A DNA stretch of 64,000 bases, from assembly GCA_963803435.1 (NCBI GenBank), contig CAWDML010000001.1, positions 2,976,001-3,040,000 on the forward strand, read 5' to 3'. The stretch is from an uncultured delta proteobacterium (GTDB lineage: Bacteria > Myxococcota > Kuafuiibacteriia > Kuafuiibacteriales > Kuafuiibacteriaceae). Shown piece by piece: positions 8,219 to 17,655 of this stretch. Numbering within the stretch: position 1 is the first letter of the stretch; every line of letters begins with the position of its first letter. A model generated the notes under the pieces. The model was given only the letters and a program-made list of their open reading frames with translations, ran no database searches and was not told where the DNA came from. The translations under genes and the position numbers were made by a program.

Positions 8219-9991
8219 GTGCGATTAGCCCTGTTGCTGCTCCTGGTCGGATGCACCGAGCCGGTCACCCAGCTCGTCGTCGGCATCGACACGGACTACG
8301 CCGTCCCGGCCGAGCTGGCACGGCTCGAGGTCTACACCCTGAAGGCCGTCGACGGCGACGCCGTCGAGTCGATGCACAAGACCTTCGAGCTCACGCCGGA
8401 GCGGCTGCCGCTCACGCTGGGCGTCGTCCCCAAGCCGGGGGAGGAGGGGTTCGAGGTCACCGTCATCGTCGAAGGCTACGGCAAGGCGGGCGACTCGAAG
8501 CCGCGCGTGGTGTCGCTGGCCAAGACCGGGTTCGTCGAGAAGAAGACCCTCTATCTCCCGATCTTCCTGGGCCAGAGCTGCGACCGAGTCGAGTGCGGCA
8601 CCGGCGAGACCTGCTCCGGCGGGAGCTGCACCGACGACGGTCGGCCGCCGAACGATCTCGAGTCCTACGATCCCGACGACATCGACGTGCCGCGTCCCCC
8701 GAGGGACGGCGGTGTGGACGGCGGTGTGGATGCCGGCATGGACGACGACGCCGGCGCCGACGGCGGCGTGGACGCCGGACCTCCGGAGCGCTGCCCGATC
8801 CCGATCGAGGCGCCGGCCGAGATCGGCTCGGTCCCCATCGACTTCGATCCGAACCTCGAGATGCTCGCGGCCGATCTCGACGGCGACGGCATCACCGAGC
8901 TCGTGGCGGCCAGGAGTGCGGCCGGCGGCAGCCCGATGGCGATCATCGACTTCGATCACTGCGATCAGCCGGTCGTGACCGCGACGGTCGCCTACGGAGA
9001 GCTGCGCCAGGGTCTCCTCTTCTCCGACCGCTTGCTGGCCGCCGAGCGCCGCAAGATCTCGCAGTGGACGTACCAAGGCCCCGGCATGATCGACGAGACA
9101 GAGAGCCGCGTCGCCTCCGCCGCCGATCTCGAGCACCTCGCGCTCGGGGGCGGCAGCGACAAGGGCTTCGCGGTGGCGGACCTCGGCTCCGGATGGCGCT
9201 ACCTGGCCTTCGATCCCACGACCGGCTTCGGCCAGAACACAGCCGCCGTCGAGCGACCGCAGGGCTCATCGGCGCACTTCGCCAACGGGACCTACGTACA
9301 CGGCGACGATCTCGGGCTCCGATTGATCACGCCGGGCTCACCCCTGGAGGACGCCGCGCTGGCGCCCACAGTGCGAGATCCGATCGTCTTCCGACCGGAG
9401 GACTCGACCCTGTTCGCCGCACGCTCGAACGCCCACGAGGTCCTCATCGCCGTCTGGAAGAGCGGAGCCATCGTCGACAGCCTGTCGGTCGACTTCGGCG
9501 GCACCATCGTCGCCGGCCCGATCGCAGCGACGAGCGGTGAGAACGGCCGGATCTTCGTGTTGCTCGCCGACGGGACGCTGACCGGATGCCAGACCCACGA
9601 GGACAACGGCGCGTGCACCCTCTTCACACGAACGAAGCAGTACCCGCTGGCCGACATCGACGATCGGCGTGCGCTCTTGACGGCGTGGGTCGACGACGAC
9701 AGCTGGCCCGACGTCGTCTTCGTCTCCAAGCGCGGGCGGGTCTACTTCGCCAGCGGCGGCGCCGTCGACACCGACGCAGCCCCGATGGTGGACCTGGGGA
9801 AGGACGCTCGGGACGCGTCCGCCATCGCACCCGACTTCTTCTCCGCGTACGGGCGCGAGGGCACCCTCCTGGTGGTGCAGCACGACCACGCGATCTCGCT
9901 GGTCGGCTGGCGCGGCCCCGCCGTCGCGCCGGCGGCTCGCCTGTGGCCCCAGTCTCGACGCGACGCCCTTCGCTCCGCGCAGCTTCCATGA
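8219..9991 (+). CDS. Lipoprotein with DGG/DAG linker and FG-GAP-like beta-propeller
   Basis: GTG 8219 gives VRLALLLLLVG-C lipobox; Cys-rich segment, DGGVDAG repeats, AADLDGDGITELV and VDDDSWPDVV motifs. Confidence 0.7.
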   Translation: MRLALLLLLVGCTEPVTQLVVGIDTDYAVPAELARLEVYTLKAVDGDAVESMHKTFELTPERLPLTLGVVPKPGEEGFEVTVIVEGYGKAGDSKPRVVSLAKTGFVEKKTLYLPIFLGQSCDRVECGTGETCSGGSCTDDGRPPNDLESYDPDDIDVPRPPRDGGVDGGVDAGMDDDAGADGGVDAGPPERCPIPIEAPAEIGSVPIDFDPNLEMLAADLDGDGITELVAARSAAGGSPMAIIDFDHCDQPVVTATVAYGELRQGLLFSDRLLAAERRKISQWTYQGPGMIDETESRVASAADLEHLALGGGSDKGFAVADLGSGWRYLAFDPTTGFGQNTAAVERPQGSSAHFANGTYVHGDDLGLRLITPGSPLEDAALAPTVRDPIVFRPEDSTLFAARSNAHEVLIAVWKSGAIVDSLSVDFGGTIVAGPIAATSGENGRIFVLLADGTLTGCQTHEDNGACTLFTRTKQYPLADIDDRRALLTAWVDDDSWPDVVFVSKRGRVYFASGGAVDTDAAPMVDLGKDARDASAIAPDFFSAYGREGTLLVVQHDHAISLVGWRGPAVAPAARLWPQSRRDALRSAQLP

Positions 9992-9993
9992 CT

Positions 9994-10094
9994 TGGCCGT
10001 TATCGGCGACGTGAAGTCGCCTGCGGCCCTTCGCATCGCGCTCCGCGCGCGGCTGCGCGTCGCTTCGCTCCTTGCGGCCGTTATCGGCGACGTG
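9994..10094. repeat. Two copies of a REP-like palindromic repeat GGCCGTTATCGGCGAC(GTGAAGTCGCC)
   Basis: TGGCCGTTATCGGCGACGTGAAGTCGCCT at 9994-10022 and GGCCGTTATCGGCGACGTG at 10076-10094. The element recurs at 28321 and partly at 33554. Confidence 0.7.
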
Positions 10095-10216
10095 GGCTGG
10101 ATCTCCAGATCCGCAGATTGAGGGTGAGCCCGTGCGCGGCGGCGGATCTCGAGGTACCGGTCCCGAGCGATCGCCGTCGTGTGAAGAGAGGCACGTCCGG
10201 TGCACCGGGGGGCGGC

Positions 10217-10783
10217 ATGTATCGTCTCCAAGCGACTGGCGCGACCACCGAGCTCTTCGGGGAGCCCGGATCCGGCGAGTCGTTCGAGCGGATCCTGACG
10301 GCGCAGCGGCCCCGGATCGAGTGGATGTTGAGGAAGCACCTGGGCGCGCGCCAGGACCTCGACGATCTGGTTCAGACGGTGTTCCTGGAGCTCCTCAAGG
10401 CCCTCCCCCGATTCCGCGGTGAGAGCTCGCTGTCGACGTTCATCGGCGGGATCGCGTTGATGGTCGTACGCCGCGCCCGACGCGGGACCGCGTGGGACAG
10501 CCGCCGCGCCGCGCTCGAGGTCGAGACCGAGAGCCACGGCCCCAGCCCGGAGCGCGTCGCGATCGCTCGAGAACAAGTGCGGCGTCTCGAGCATGCGCTG
10601 GACCGCATCTCCAGCCGAAAGCGGGACGCCTTCCTGATGTGGTCCGTCGACGGCGCCTCACCGCAGGAGATCGCGGAGCGCACCGCGACCTCTCTCTCCG
10701 CGACGCGCTCCCGAATCTTCTACGCGAAGAAGGAGCTGGGCGTGCGGGCGCGGAAGGACGCCTACCTTCAGGAGCTGGTCTGA
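10217..10783 (+). CDS. ECF-type RNA polymerase sigma factor
   Basis: Region 2 DLDDLVQTVFL..FRGESSLSTF; region 4 SPQEIA...RSRIFYAKKEL. Start uncertain. Confidence 0.88.
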   Translation: MYRLQATGATTELFGEPGSGESFERILTAQRPRIEWMLRKHLGARQDLDDLVQTVFLELLKALPRFRGESSLSTFIGGIALMVVRRARRGTAWDSRRAALEVETESHGPSPERVAIAREQVRRLEHALDRISSRKRDAFLMWSVDGASPQEIAERTATSLSATRSRIFYAKKELGVRARKDAYLQELV

Positions 10784-11146
10784 TCCCCGTCCGTCGGCCG
10801 AACGGCTGAGCGCCGCTGTCGCACAGGCCCCAAGCGACTGTGCGGTGCGATGAACCTCCGCACGTACACACGCCCCGCGATCACCTCGAAAACGCACCGG
10901 CGGTCGGCTCGGCGGAGGTCCTGCGTACAGAAGGGAAACGCAAGTTGACTTGTCATCGATGCTGAACGCGGATCCACGGGCGCAACCTTTCGCCGGCCGC
11001 TACGCTTTGCAACACAACCTGCGCGCGTATCGGTGCGTTACGTCCGTGTGCAGCTTACTCCCAGCGCGTAAGTCCTCTCGTATTGCGGACTGATACAACT
11101 GAACCATCGCCATCCTCGAAGAATGAACGCGACACCAGGAGGACTG

Positions 11147-12991
11147 ATGGACCGCACTGCACGACGAGCTCTCACCTTCACGCTGGCGATGGCGCTGGGA
11201 GGATGTGTTCCGCAGCCGGATGAAGTCCGTGCCCCGACCAGCGACACCAAGGACTCGATCGTGGGCGGTTCGAATACCACCATCCAGACGCACCCCTGGC
11301 AGATCTCCCTGCAGACGAACTCCGGCTTCCACTTCTGCGGCGGCTCGATCCTGAACGACTCCTGGATTCTCACCGCTGCGCACTGCGTCAGCGGCAGCTC
11401 CCCCAGCAGCATGCGTGTGGTCGCTGGAATCACGCGGCAGAGCCAGACGAGCTCGGGACAGATCCGCTCGATCAGTCAGATCCTCGTGTACCCGGGCTTC
11501 AACTCGCCCGAGAACGGACATGACGCGGCGCTCCTCCACCTGTCGTCCCCGCTCGATCTGACCACCACCGCAGCGCGCCCGATCCAGATCGCGACCCCGG
11601 CGGATCGCACCGCCGGCCTGACCGATCCGGGCGTCAACGCGATCGTCACCGGCTGGGGCACGCTCTCGGAGAACGGCTCGACGCCCGACACCCTGCAGGC
11701 GGTGACCGTGCCGATTGTCTCCCAGGCCGACGCGCAGGCCGCCTATGGCCCGCTCACCGACGACCAGATCGGCGCCGGCGTTCTCGGCGTCGGCGGTCGG
11801 GACTCGTGTCAGGGCGACAGCGGCGGACCGCTGACCGTCCCCGGCAACGGCGGCAACCGCCTGCTCGCGGGGATCGTCAGCTGGGGCAACGGCTGCGCCC
11901 GCTCGCAGTTTCCCGGCATGTACAGCCGCGTCTCCTCGTTCGCGACCTGGATCCAGAGCAACACCACCACCAACGCGCCGCCGACCGTCTCGATCACCGC
12001 GCCGTCGAACGGTGCCACCGTGAGCGGGAACGTCACGGTGAACGCGAGCGCCTCCGACTCGGACGGCACGGTGACCCGCGTTCGCTTCACCTTCCCCGAC
12101 GGCACCTCGGTCGACGACACCAGCGCCCCGTACTCGGCCTCGTGGAACAGCGCGACCGTCGGCGACGGCCAGGTCACGATCAGCGCGCAGGCGTTCGACA
12201 ACCTCGGCAGCGGCAGCGCCGTGGCGAGCGTTCACGTCACCGCACAGAACGGCAACGCGTGCACGAGCGGCACGTTCTCCGGCACCGGCCTCCCGATCTC
12301 GATCCCCGACAACAACTCCACGGGCATCGCCGCGGACATCACGATCTCGGGGCCGGGCAACGTCGCCACGCTCAACCTCTCCCTCTCGATCACGCACACG
12401 TACCGGGGCGACCTGCGGGTCGTGCTGTTCGCACCGAACGGCTCGTCGTTCGTGGTCTCCAACCGGGCCGGCGGCAGCGCCGACAACCTGGTGGTCTCGA
12501 ACCAGTCCGTGACGGCGTTCAACGGGTCTCCGATCGACGGCGTCTGGACCCTCGCGGTCCAGGACCTCGCGAGCATCGACGTGGGCACGCTCGACTCCTG
12601 GTCGCTCTCGGTGACCGGTGACTGCGGCGGCGGCGGCGGCGGCGGCAACTGGTCGGGGTCACGCACGCCGAACCTCGCGACGCGCGACAACGGCACCGTC
12701 TGCGACTCGGTCACCGTGGCCCAGTCCGGCGACGCCAGCGCGGTCCATCTCGACATCGCCGGCCGCCACGACTGGCGCTCGATCCTCCGCGGCACACTGG
12801 CCCACAACGGCGTGACGGCGACCGCATTCCCGACGGGAACGTTCGCCCGCGGCGCGGGTAACTTCAGCTTCACGAACCGGGCGGTGTCTGGATTCTCCGG
12901 CGACGCCGCCGGCGTCTGGACCTTCTGCATCGTCGATACGGACGCGTTCGGGGACACTGGCACGCTCTCCAGCTGGAGCGTCCACAACTGA
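11147..12991 (+). CDS. Trypsin-like (S1) serine protease lipoprotein with Ig-like and two proprotein-convertase P-like domains
   Basis: GGAGG RBS, LGG-C lipobox, IVGG mature N-terminus, TAAHC, DAALL, DSCQGDSGGPL; NAPPTVSITAP Ig-like domain; ITHTYRGDL..DGVWTLAVQD P-domain. Confidence 0.92.
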   Translation: MDRTARRALTFTLAMALGGCVPQPDEVRAPTSDTKDSIVGGSNTTIQTHPWQISLQTNSGFHFCGGSILNDSWILTAAHCVSGSSPSSMRVVAGITRQSQTSSGQIRSISQILVYPGFNSPENGHDAALLHLSSPLDLTTTAARPIQIATPADRTAGLTDPGVNAIVTGWGTLSENGSTPDTLQAVTVPIVSQADAQAAYGPLTDDQIGAGVLGVGGRDSCQGDSGGPLTVPGNGGNRLLAGIVSWGNGCARSQFPGMYSRVSSFATWIQSNTTTNAPPTVSITAPSNGATVSGNVTVNASASDSDGTVTRVRFTFPDGTSVDDTSAPYSASWNSATVGDGQVTISAQAFDNLGSGSAVASVHVTAQNGNACTSGTFSGTGLPISIPDNNSTGIAADITISGPGNVATLNLSLSITHTYRGDLRVVLFAPNGSSFVVSNRAGGSADNLVVSNQSVTAFNGSPIDGVWTLAVQDLASIDVGTLDSWSLSVTGDCGGGGGGGNWSGSRTPNLATRDNGTVCDSVTVAQSGDASAVHLDIAGRHDWRSILRGTLAHNGVTATAFPTGTFARGAGNFSFTNRAVSGFSGDAAGVWTFCIVDTDAFGDTGTLSSWSVHN

Positions 12992-13069
12992 CGGGTCTCG
13001 ACTCCCCACCCCCTTCGGACTCGCCTCTCCAGTGACGCTCCCGCCCGCGCTTGCTAGGCTCGACGCGAG

Positions 13070-14047
13070 ATGAAGCGCATCCTGATCTCCGCTCTCGTTC
13101 CTCTCGTCTTCGCGTGCGGGGGTGGTGTCGAGAACACGCCGCCCCCACCCGTCCAGGAGATGATGCCGCCCGAGATGATGCCGGATCCGATGCCGTCCAA
13201 CGACTGCAGCTCGCAGGACGCGTCCCAGACGATCCAGGCCACCGGCGAGGTGAAGGGGTTCTGGGCCGGCACCGTTCAGCTGACGGGCGAGACCACGGTC
13301 GTGGCGGGGGACACGCTCGAGATCTGTCCCGGCACCGTGATCGTGCCCAGCGCCGACGCGAAACTGATCGTTCAGGGCGAGCTCCTCATCTCGGGCACGA
13401 AGGAAGGCATGGTCTCGTTCGGCGAGTCGCCGTGGACCGGCATCCAGATCGAGGGAAAGATCAGCGGCGGCTACTTCACGATGGGTGCCGCCAACGTGTG
13501 CATCGACGGCAAGGTTGGCTCCGACATCGACCTGGTCGCAGGCATGCTTCTCGGTTGCCGGCAGGGCTTCAGCGTCGCCAACGGCGCTCACTTCGATCGC
13601 ATGACCATCCTCGGCGGCTCCAGCGTGTACATCCGGGGCGGCACGCTGACGATGGTCGACTCGGTGGTCGACCTCCGCCACCCGGGCGCCTCGCCCGACT
13701 GCGTGGTGTGGGCCGGCGGCGGCGCCAACCTCGATCACGTGCGCTTCACCGGCTGCCACTGCCCGATCCACATGGGCCGCGCCGAGCTGGGCATCACGTT
13801 GACGAACTCGATCCTCGACAACGGCGCGGTCCCGATCATGATCGCGAACGCCAGCGGCACGGTCACCGGCAACAACATCGTCGGCGGCAGCCCGCAGCTG
13901 CTCGACATCGGCGGCGGCATCGCGGTGGACTTCGGCGGCAACTACTGGGGCGGCGGCCCCTCGAGGGCCAGCTCGGGCAACCTGGGACAGTTCGCCAACC
14001 TGAGCGACTACGCCGCGACGCCCTTCGACGGCGCGGGCCCGCGCTGA
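13070..14047 (+). CDS. Lipoprotein with right-handed beta-helix repeats
   Basis: LVFA-C lipobox; LEICPGTVI..LIVQGELLISGT..WTGIQI and GNYWG motifs typical of parallel beta-helix proteins. Confidence 0.7.
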   Translation: MKRILISALVPLVFACGGGVENTPPPPVQEMMPPEMMPDPMPSNDCSSQDASQTIQATGEVKGFWAGTVQLTGETTVVAGDTLEICPGTVIVPSADAKLIVQGELLISGTKEGMVSFGESPWTGIQIEGKISGGYFTMGAANVCIDGKVGSDIDLVAGMLLGCRQGFSVANGAHFDRMTILGGSSVYIRGGTLTMVDSVVDLRHPGASPDCVVWAGGGANLDHVRFTGCHCPIHMGRAELGITLTNSILDNGAVPIMIANASGTVTGNNIVGGSPQLLDIGGGIAVDFGGNYWGGGPSRASSGNLGQFANLSDYAATPFDGAGPR

Positions 14048-15528
14048 AGCCGACCGGCACCCGACCGCCGGGCTGGGCGCTCCTCTTCGGTCTGGCGCTG
14101 GTGTCTTGCCACGACCTGACGGCCCTCCCCTTCCCCGATCCTGGCGACGCCAAGAGCGCCCTCCTCTTCCTCGGTCACCCCCAGGGTGTCGACCTGGCCG
14201 TGGCGTTCGACGCCGCCGGCGACCGCTGGGACCTTGCGCCGTTCTCAGCGCCCGACGACACGCTGATGGCGCTGGTCACCTATCCCGAGAGCCTCGACCA
14301 GCTCCTCCTCGATCCCGGACCGCTCGCGCTCGCGGGTCCCGGCACCGGCCGGCCCCTTCCTCCGGGAACACTGCGCACGAGGACGGCGGGTCTCCGCGAT
14401 GATTGGACGGAGTCCGAGATCCCGGCCTGGCTGGTGGGCGCAGCGCTTCCGGAGGTCACGGACGCCCAATGCGCGGCCCACGGCGGCTGTTTCGTGATTC
14501 CCGAGGAGGCCGCCGACCCGATCTGCAAGGTACCTTGCGAGCAGCGGTGCGCCGACTTTGCCGGCCTCGATCGGCTTCCGCCGGGGCCCATCCCCCTGAT
14601 CCCGGACTGCGAGCTCAGCGGCCCCGAGCGCGGGAGCGAGTGCTGGTCGGATCCGATCGCGTTCGACGGCATCAACAGCGGCCTCTATCCCGACGCGCAC
14701 GATCAACCGGGAAGCTTCACCGTCGAAGGTGGCCGCACGCTGCTCTACTTCGCGAGCGATCGCGATCGTGGCGGCGACGACTCGAACTTCACGCGCACGC
14801 TGGCCGTCGAGATGACCGCTCCGGGTCAGCTCGACGTGGGGACCCTCGAGGATCTGGAGGTGATCCCACCGGCCAGCCAGGATCCGCTCGGTTGGCTCTC
14901 CACCCCGCAGGTCCGCGACGACGCGACCGAGCTGTTCCTGCACGGCAGCTGGCCCGACGCGTACTGGTGGGACGAGGAGATCTTCGTCTCGACGCGCGGC
15001 CCCGAAGGCTGGAGCCGCCTGGTCACCGTCGACGCGCTCGCCGATCCTTCGAACGGCCAGGACCCGGACAACCTCCTCGATCAGGACGAGGTCCGCTCAC
15101 CGCTTCTGCTCCCGGACTACCGCACGCTGATCTACTCGGCGCCGAGCGCGATCGCGCAGCAGCAGCAGTTCGCCCGGCGTCCCTCGACACGCGCGGGCGA
15201 CCTCCGGTTCGAACCCCTGCGCGTCTCCCCATTCGAGCTCAACCGGGCGACGACGGACCAACACTCGCTCTCGTGCGACCGCCGCCACATCTTCTACGTC
15301 TACTTCGAACCCACGACCCACGAGCCCGAGCTTCGCATCGTCGCCATCCGCTCGCTCGAACCGCTGACGTTCGGCCAGCCGCACCCCGTGAAGGACGTCC
15401 GTGGCCAGCCCCTCCGGATCGCCCCGACGCGCCCGTCGTTCTACGCGGTCGAGAGCCCCGACTGTCAGACGCTCTACCTGAGCGACCAGTTCCGAACGTT
15501 CTACTCGACGCGCGCGCCCTGCCTCTAG
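14044..15528 (+). CDS. Lipoprotein, probable PD40/beta-propeller C-terminus
   Basis: The 3' part of ORF 13051..15528 has coding-like composition. LALVS-C lipobox, LLYFASDRD and propeller-like repeats. The start is probably CTG at 14044, overlapping the upstream TGA. Confidence 0.65.
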   Translation: MKPTGTRPPGWALLFGLALVSCHDLTALPFPDPGDAKSALLFLGHPQGVDLAVAFDAAGDRWDLAPFSAPDDTLMALVTYPESLDQLLLDPGPLALAGPGTGRPLPPGTLRTRTAGLRDDWTESEIPAWLVGAALPEVTDAQCAAHGGCFVIPEEAADPICKVPCEQRCADFAGLDRLPPGPIPLIPDCELSGPERGSECWSDPIAFDGINSGLYPDAHDQPGSFTVEGGRTLLYFASDRDRGGDDSNFTRTLAVEMTAPGQLDVGTLEDLEVIPPASQDPLGWLSTPQVRDDATELFLHGSWPDAYWWDEEIFVSTRGPEGWSRLVTVDALADPSNGQDPDNLLDQDEVRSPLLLPDYRTLIYSAPSAIAQQQQFARRPSTRAGDLRFEPLRVSPFELNRATTDQHSLSCDRRHIFYVYFEPTTHEPELRIVAIRSLEPLTFGQPHPVKDVRGQPLRIAPTRPSFYAVESPDCQTLYLSDQFRTFYSTRAPCL

Positions 15529-15685
15529 CAAGGATCAAAAGACTCGGCTCAATGCGTTTCCACAGGGCGTCCGGAAGACTTGGGAATCTTGCCTGCATCG
15601 ACTCTGCAGAACACTCGATCGAGCACGATGCAACAACGGCCGCTTTGAATAGCGAATGAGCAGAACGAACGAAACAGGAAACGCG

Positions 15686-15714
15686 GAGCGGTCCGGAGGT
15701 TTTCGGACCGGCTC
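15686..15714. terminator. Stem-loop between convergent genes
   Basis: GAGCGGTCCG-gaggtttt-CGGACCGGCTC inverted repeat; no long U-tract. Confidence 0.3.
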
Positions 15715-15727
15715 TTAGTCAGATCCA

Positions 15728-17167
15728 TTAGCGCCGGGTCCCGCTGACGTTGACCACGGCCATCGGCGTCAGCGGATCGTTCGAGTCGACCGTGACCACG
15801 CCGTCGTAGAAGCCGGGCCCGGGCGGATCGAACCCGAACTCGAACGTGAGACCCGCCGGGTCGCTCTCGCAGTTCATCGTGGGCTGCACCATCGTCCCGC
15901 CGGCCGGCAGGTTGTAGAGGTTCATCGATCCGCCGCCGCCGTTCTCTTGCAGCATGATGCTGTTGATGATCAGCGGCGATTCGCCGCAGTTGCGGATGCC
16001 GACGGTGACGCGGGCCTCGGGGACGTTTCCGTCCTGGGTCACCGTGATGGTGTCGGGATCGACGTTGATCAGCGGTTTGATGACGCGGCCGTCGATGCGG
16101 ACAGCCTGACCGGGGCGGTTGTAGGCGTTCGAGCCGAAGGCCACCAGCTGGTTGTCGAACGCGTAGTCCTCGGGCGTGTACTGCACGTCGAACATCTGGT
16201 TCCCGCCGGGCGGGATCGTGATCGTCCCGAGCGACATCGGATCGGGCGTGACGGCCACCTCGGTCTCGGACGTGTTCGTGATGCTCCCGCCGACGCTCAG
16301 GTCCCGATCGCCGGTGTTGAGCAGCTCGATGTAGCCGTTGGCGCTCGAGCTCCGGAGGATCGCGAAGTCGATCCGCGGCGCTTGATTGTCCGCGGTGCAG
16401 AGATCTGGCAGCCCCGCGCCGCCGGCGCAGATCTCGAAGATCGGACCGACCGCGCGACCCTGGAGGGACACGGTGATCTCGGCGCCGTCCGGTGCCGTGG
16501 TCTGGATGCGGACGGTGCCCGAGACCGGTCCCATCACCTTGGGCAGGAACGAGACGGCAAAGGTCTTCGAGTCCGCCGGCGCGTACGTGCCCACCGCGCT
16601 CATCGGATCGAGCGTGAACGCACCGTCCCCGTCGCCCATCAGCTCGAGGCTCGTGAGATCGAAGTTGTCGGTGCCAGGGTTGGAGACGGTCACCATCTGC
16701 GTCATGAGCTGCGTCATGGACGTCAGCAACACCTCGCCGAAGTCGACGACGAGCGGCTCGACGCGCACCGCGGCTTCGATGCCCTCGCCCATCAGCGGCA
16801 CCTCGACGGCCTCGGCCGTCGGATCATCGGGCGTCAGCGTCAACGTGCCTTGCGCGGCGCCGAGCTCGGTCGGCGTGAAGGCGACCGCAATGTCGATGGA
16901 GCCTCCGACACCGATCGTCGCGGTCGCGGTGGGCCCCGAGAATGGTGCGGCCACATCGAAGCTCTGGATGGTCACACCGTAGCTGCCGATGTTCTTCACC
17001 CGGAGCTGCACCTCCTTGGAGACCCCGAGCGCCACCCGCCCGAAGTCGACCTGAGGTGGGTCCACCTCGATCGCTGCGTGGAGCCGAGCGATCGGATCGT
17101 CACAGGTGCATCCGCCGAAGGACAGCACCAGGGCGAGAAGGGCGCTGGCGAGGATTCCGCGAGCCAC
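15728..17167 (-). CDS. Lipoprotein with repeated ASH / choice-of-anchor-D Ig-like domains
   Basis: GTG 17167, FGG-C lipobox; repeated VDFG.V...V.N.G motifs, F.P...G...G.L and V.L.G.G ends; four units. Confidence 0.8.
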   Translation of the reverse strand: MARGILASALLALVLSFGGCTCDDPIARLHAAIEVDPPQVDFGRVALGVSKEVQLRVKNIGSYGVTIQSFDVAAPFSGPTATATIGVGGSIDIAVAFTPTELGAAQGTLTLTPDDPTAEAVEVPLMGEGIEAAVRVEPLVVDFGEVLLTSMTQLMTQMVTVSNPGTDNFDLTSLELMGDGDGAFTLDPMSAVGTYAPADSKTFAVSFLPKVMGPVSGTVRIQTTAPDGAEITVSLQGRAVGPIFEICAGGAGLPDLCTADNQAPRIDFAILRSSSANGYIELLNTGDRDLSVGGSITNTSETEVAVTPDPMSLGTITIPPGGNQMFDVQYTPEDYAFDNQLVAFGSNAYNRPGQAVRIDGRVIKPLINVDPDTITVTQDGNVPEARVTVGIRNCGESPLIINSIMLQENGGGGSMNLYNLPAGGTMVQPTMNCESDPAGLTFEFGFDPPGPGFYDGVVTVDSNDPLTPMAVVNVSGTRR

Positions 17168-17280
17168 GGGCCCATCATGGCCAACCTCGGGGGCTTTGCC
17201 AGTCGGACACGAAACCGGTACCCCCAGACGGACGGTCAGGAAGTGCCCTGCCCTCCGATCCGGCGTACATTGGGGAGGCC

Positions 17281-17655
17281 ATGAGCGAACCACGGCCCGA
17301 CGGCGTCGCCGAGGCGACCGCCCGGCTGATGAACATGGTGGCCACCCTGGCCGCGCCCCAGGTCCACCAGCGACTGCTGGCCACCTCCTCCTGCGGGGAG
17401 CTCTTTCACCACGTCGAGGAGCACATCGAGCCCTTCCTCGAGACCGTCGGATCGGCGTCGATCGTCGGCGCCGAGCGCGAGGTCGATACCTCCGAGCTTG
17501 CGCGAATGACGATCGAGCTGCGGGATCTGTTGCGCGCCCAGAGCGGGACCGATGCGGTCAGCCCCGAGATCATCGCCAAGGCGCGCGCCTGGTTCTCGAC
17601 CATCGGGTTCGGTGAGCCGCCCGGGGGCTGGGACGCGTTTACCGGCGAGCCGTAG
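17281..17655 (+). CDS. Hypothetical protein (124 aa)
   Basis: GGAGG RBS before ATG 17281, GC3-rich codons, ends EPPGGWDAFTGEP. Confidence 0.65.
   Translation: MSEPRPDGVAEATARLMNMVATLAAPQVHQRLLATSSCGELFHHVEEHIEPFLETVGSASIVGAEREVDTSELARMTIELRDLLRAQSGTDAVSPEIIAKARAWFSTIGFGEPPGGWDAFTGEP

Noticed and set aside
9994-10094. Two direct repeats about 80 nt apart as a CRISPR array
   Set aside because: Only two unequal copies, others are dispersed, and there are no cas genes.
10784-11146. Long intergenic region with hairpins (GCACAG/CTGTGC; ACCTCCG/CGGAGGT) as a possible riboswitch or sRNA
   Set aside because: No recognisable riboswitch consensus, and short GC stems are expected by chance. An Rfam scan would be needed.
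12625-12646. (GGC)7 microsatellite
   Set aside because: In-frame poly-Gly linker between protease domains; not frame-switching.
15529-15727. Lower-GC stretch as a mobile-element remnant or small gene
   Set aside because: Ordinary convergent intergenic region; no terminal repeats or credible ORF.
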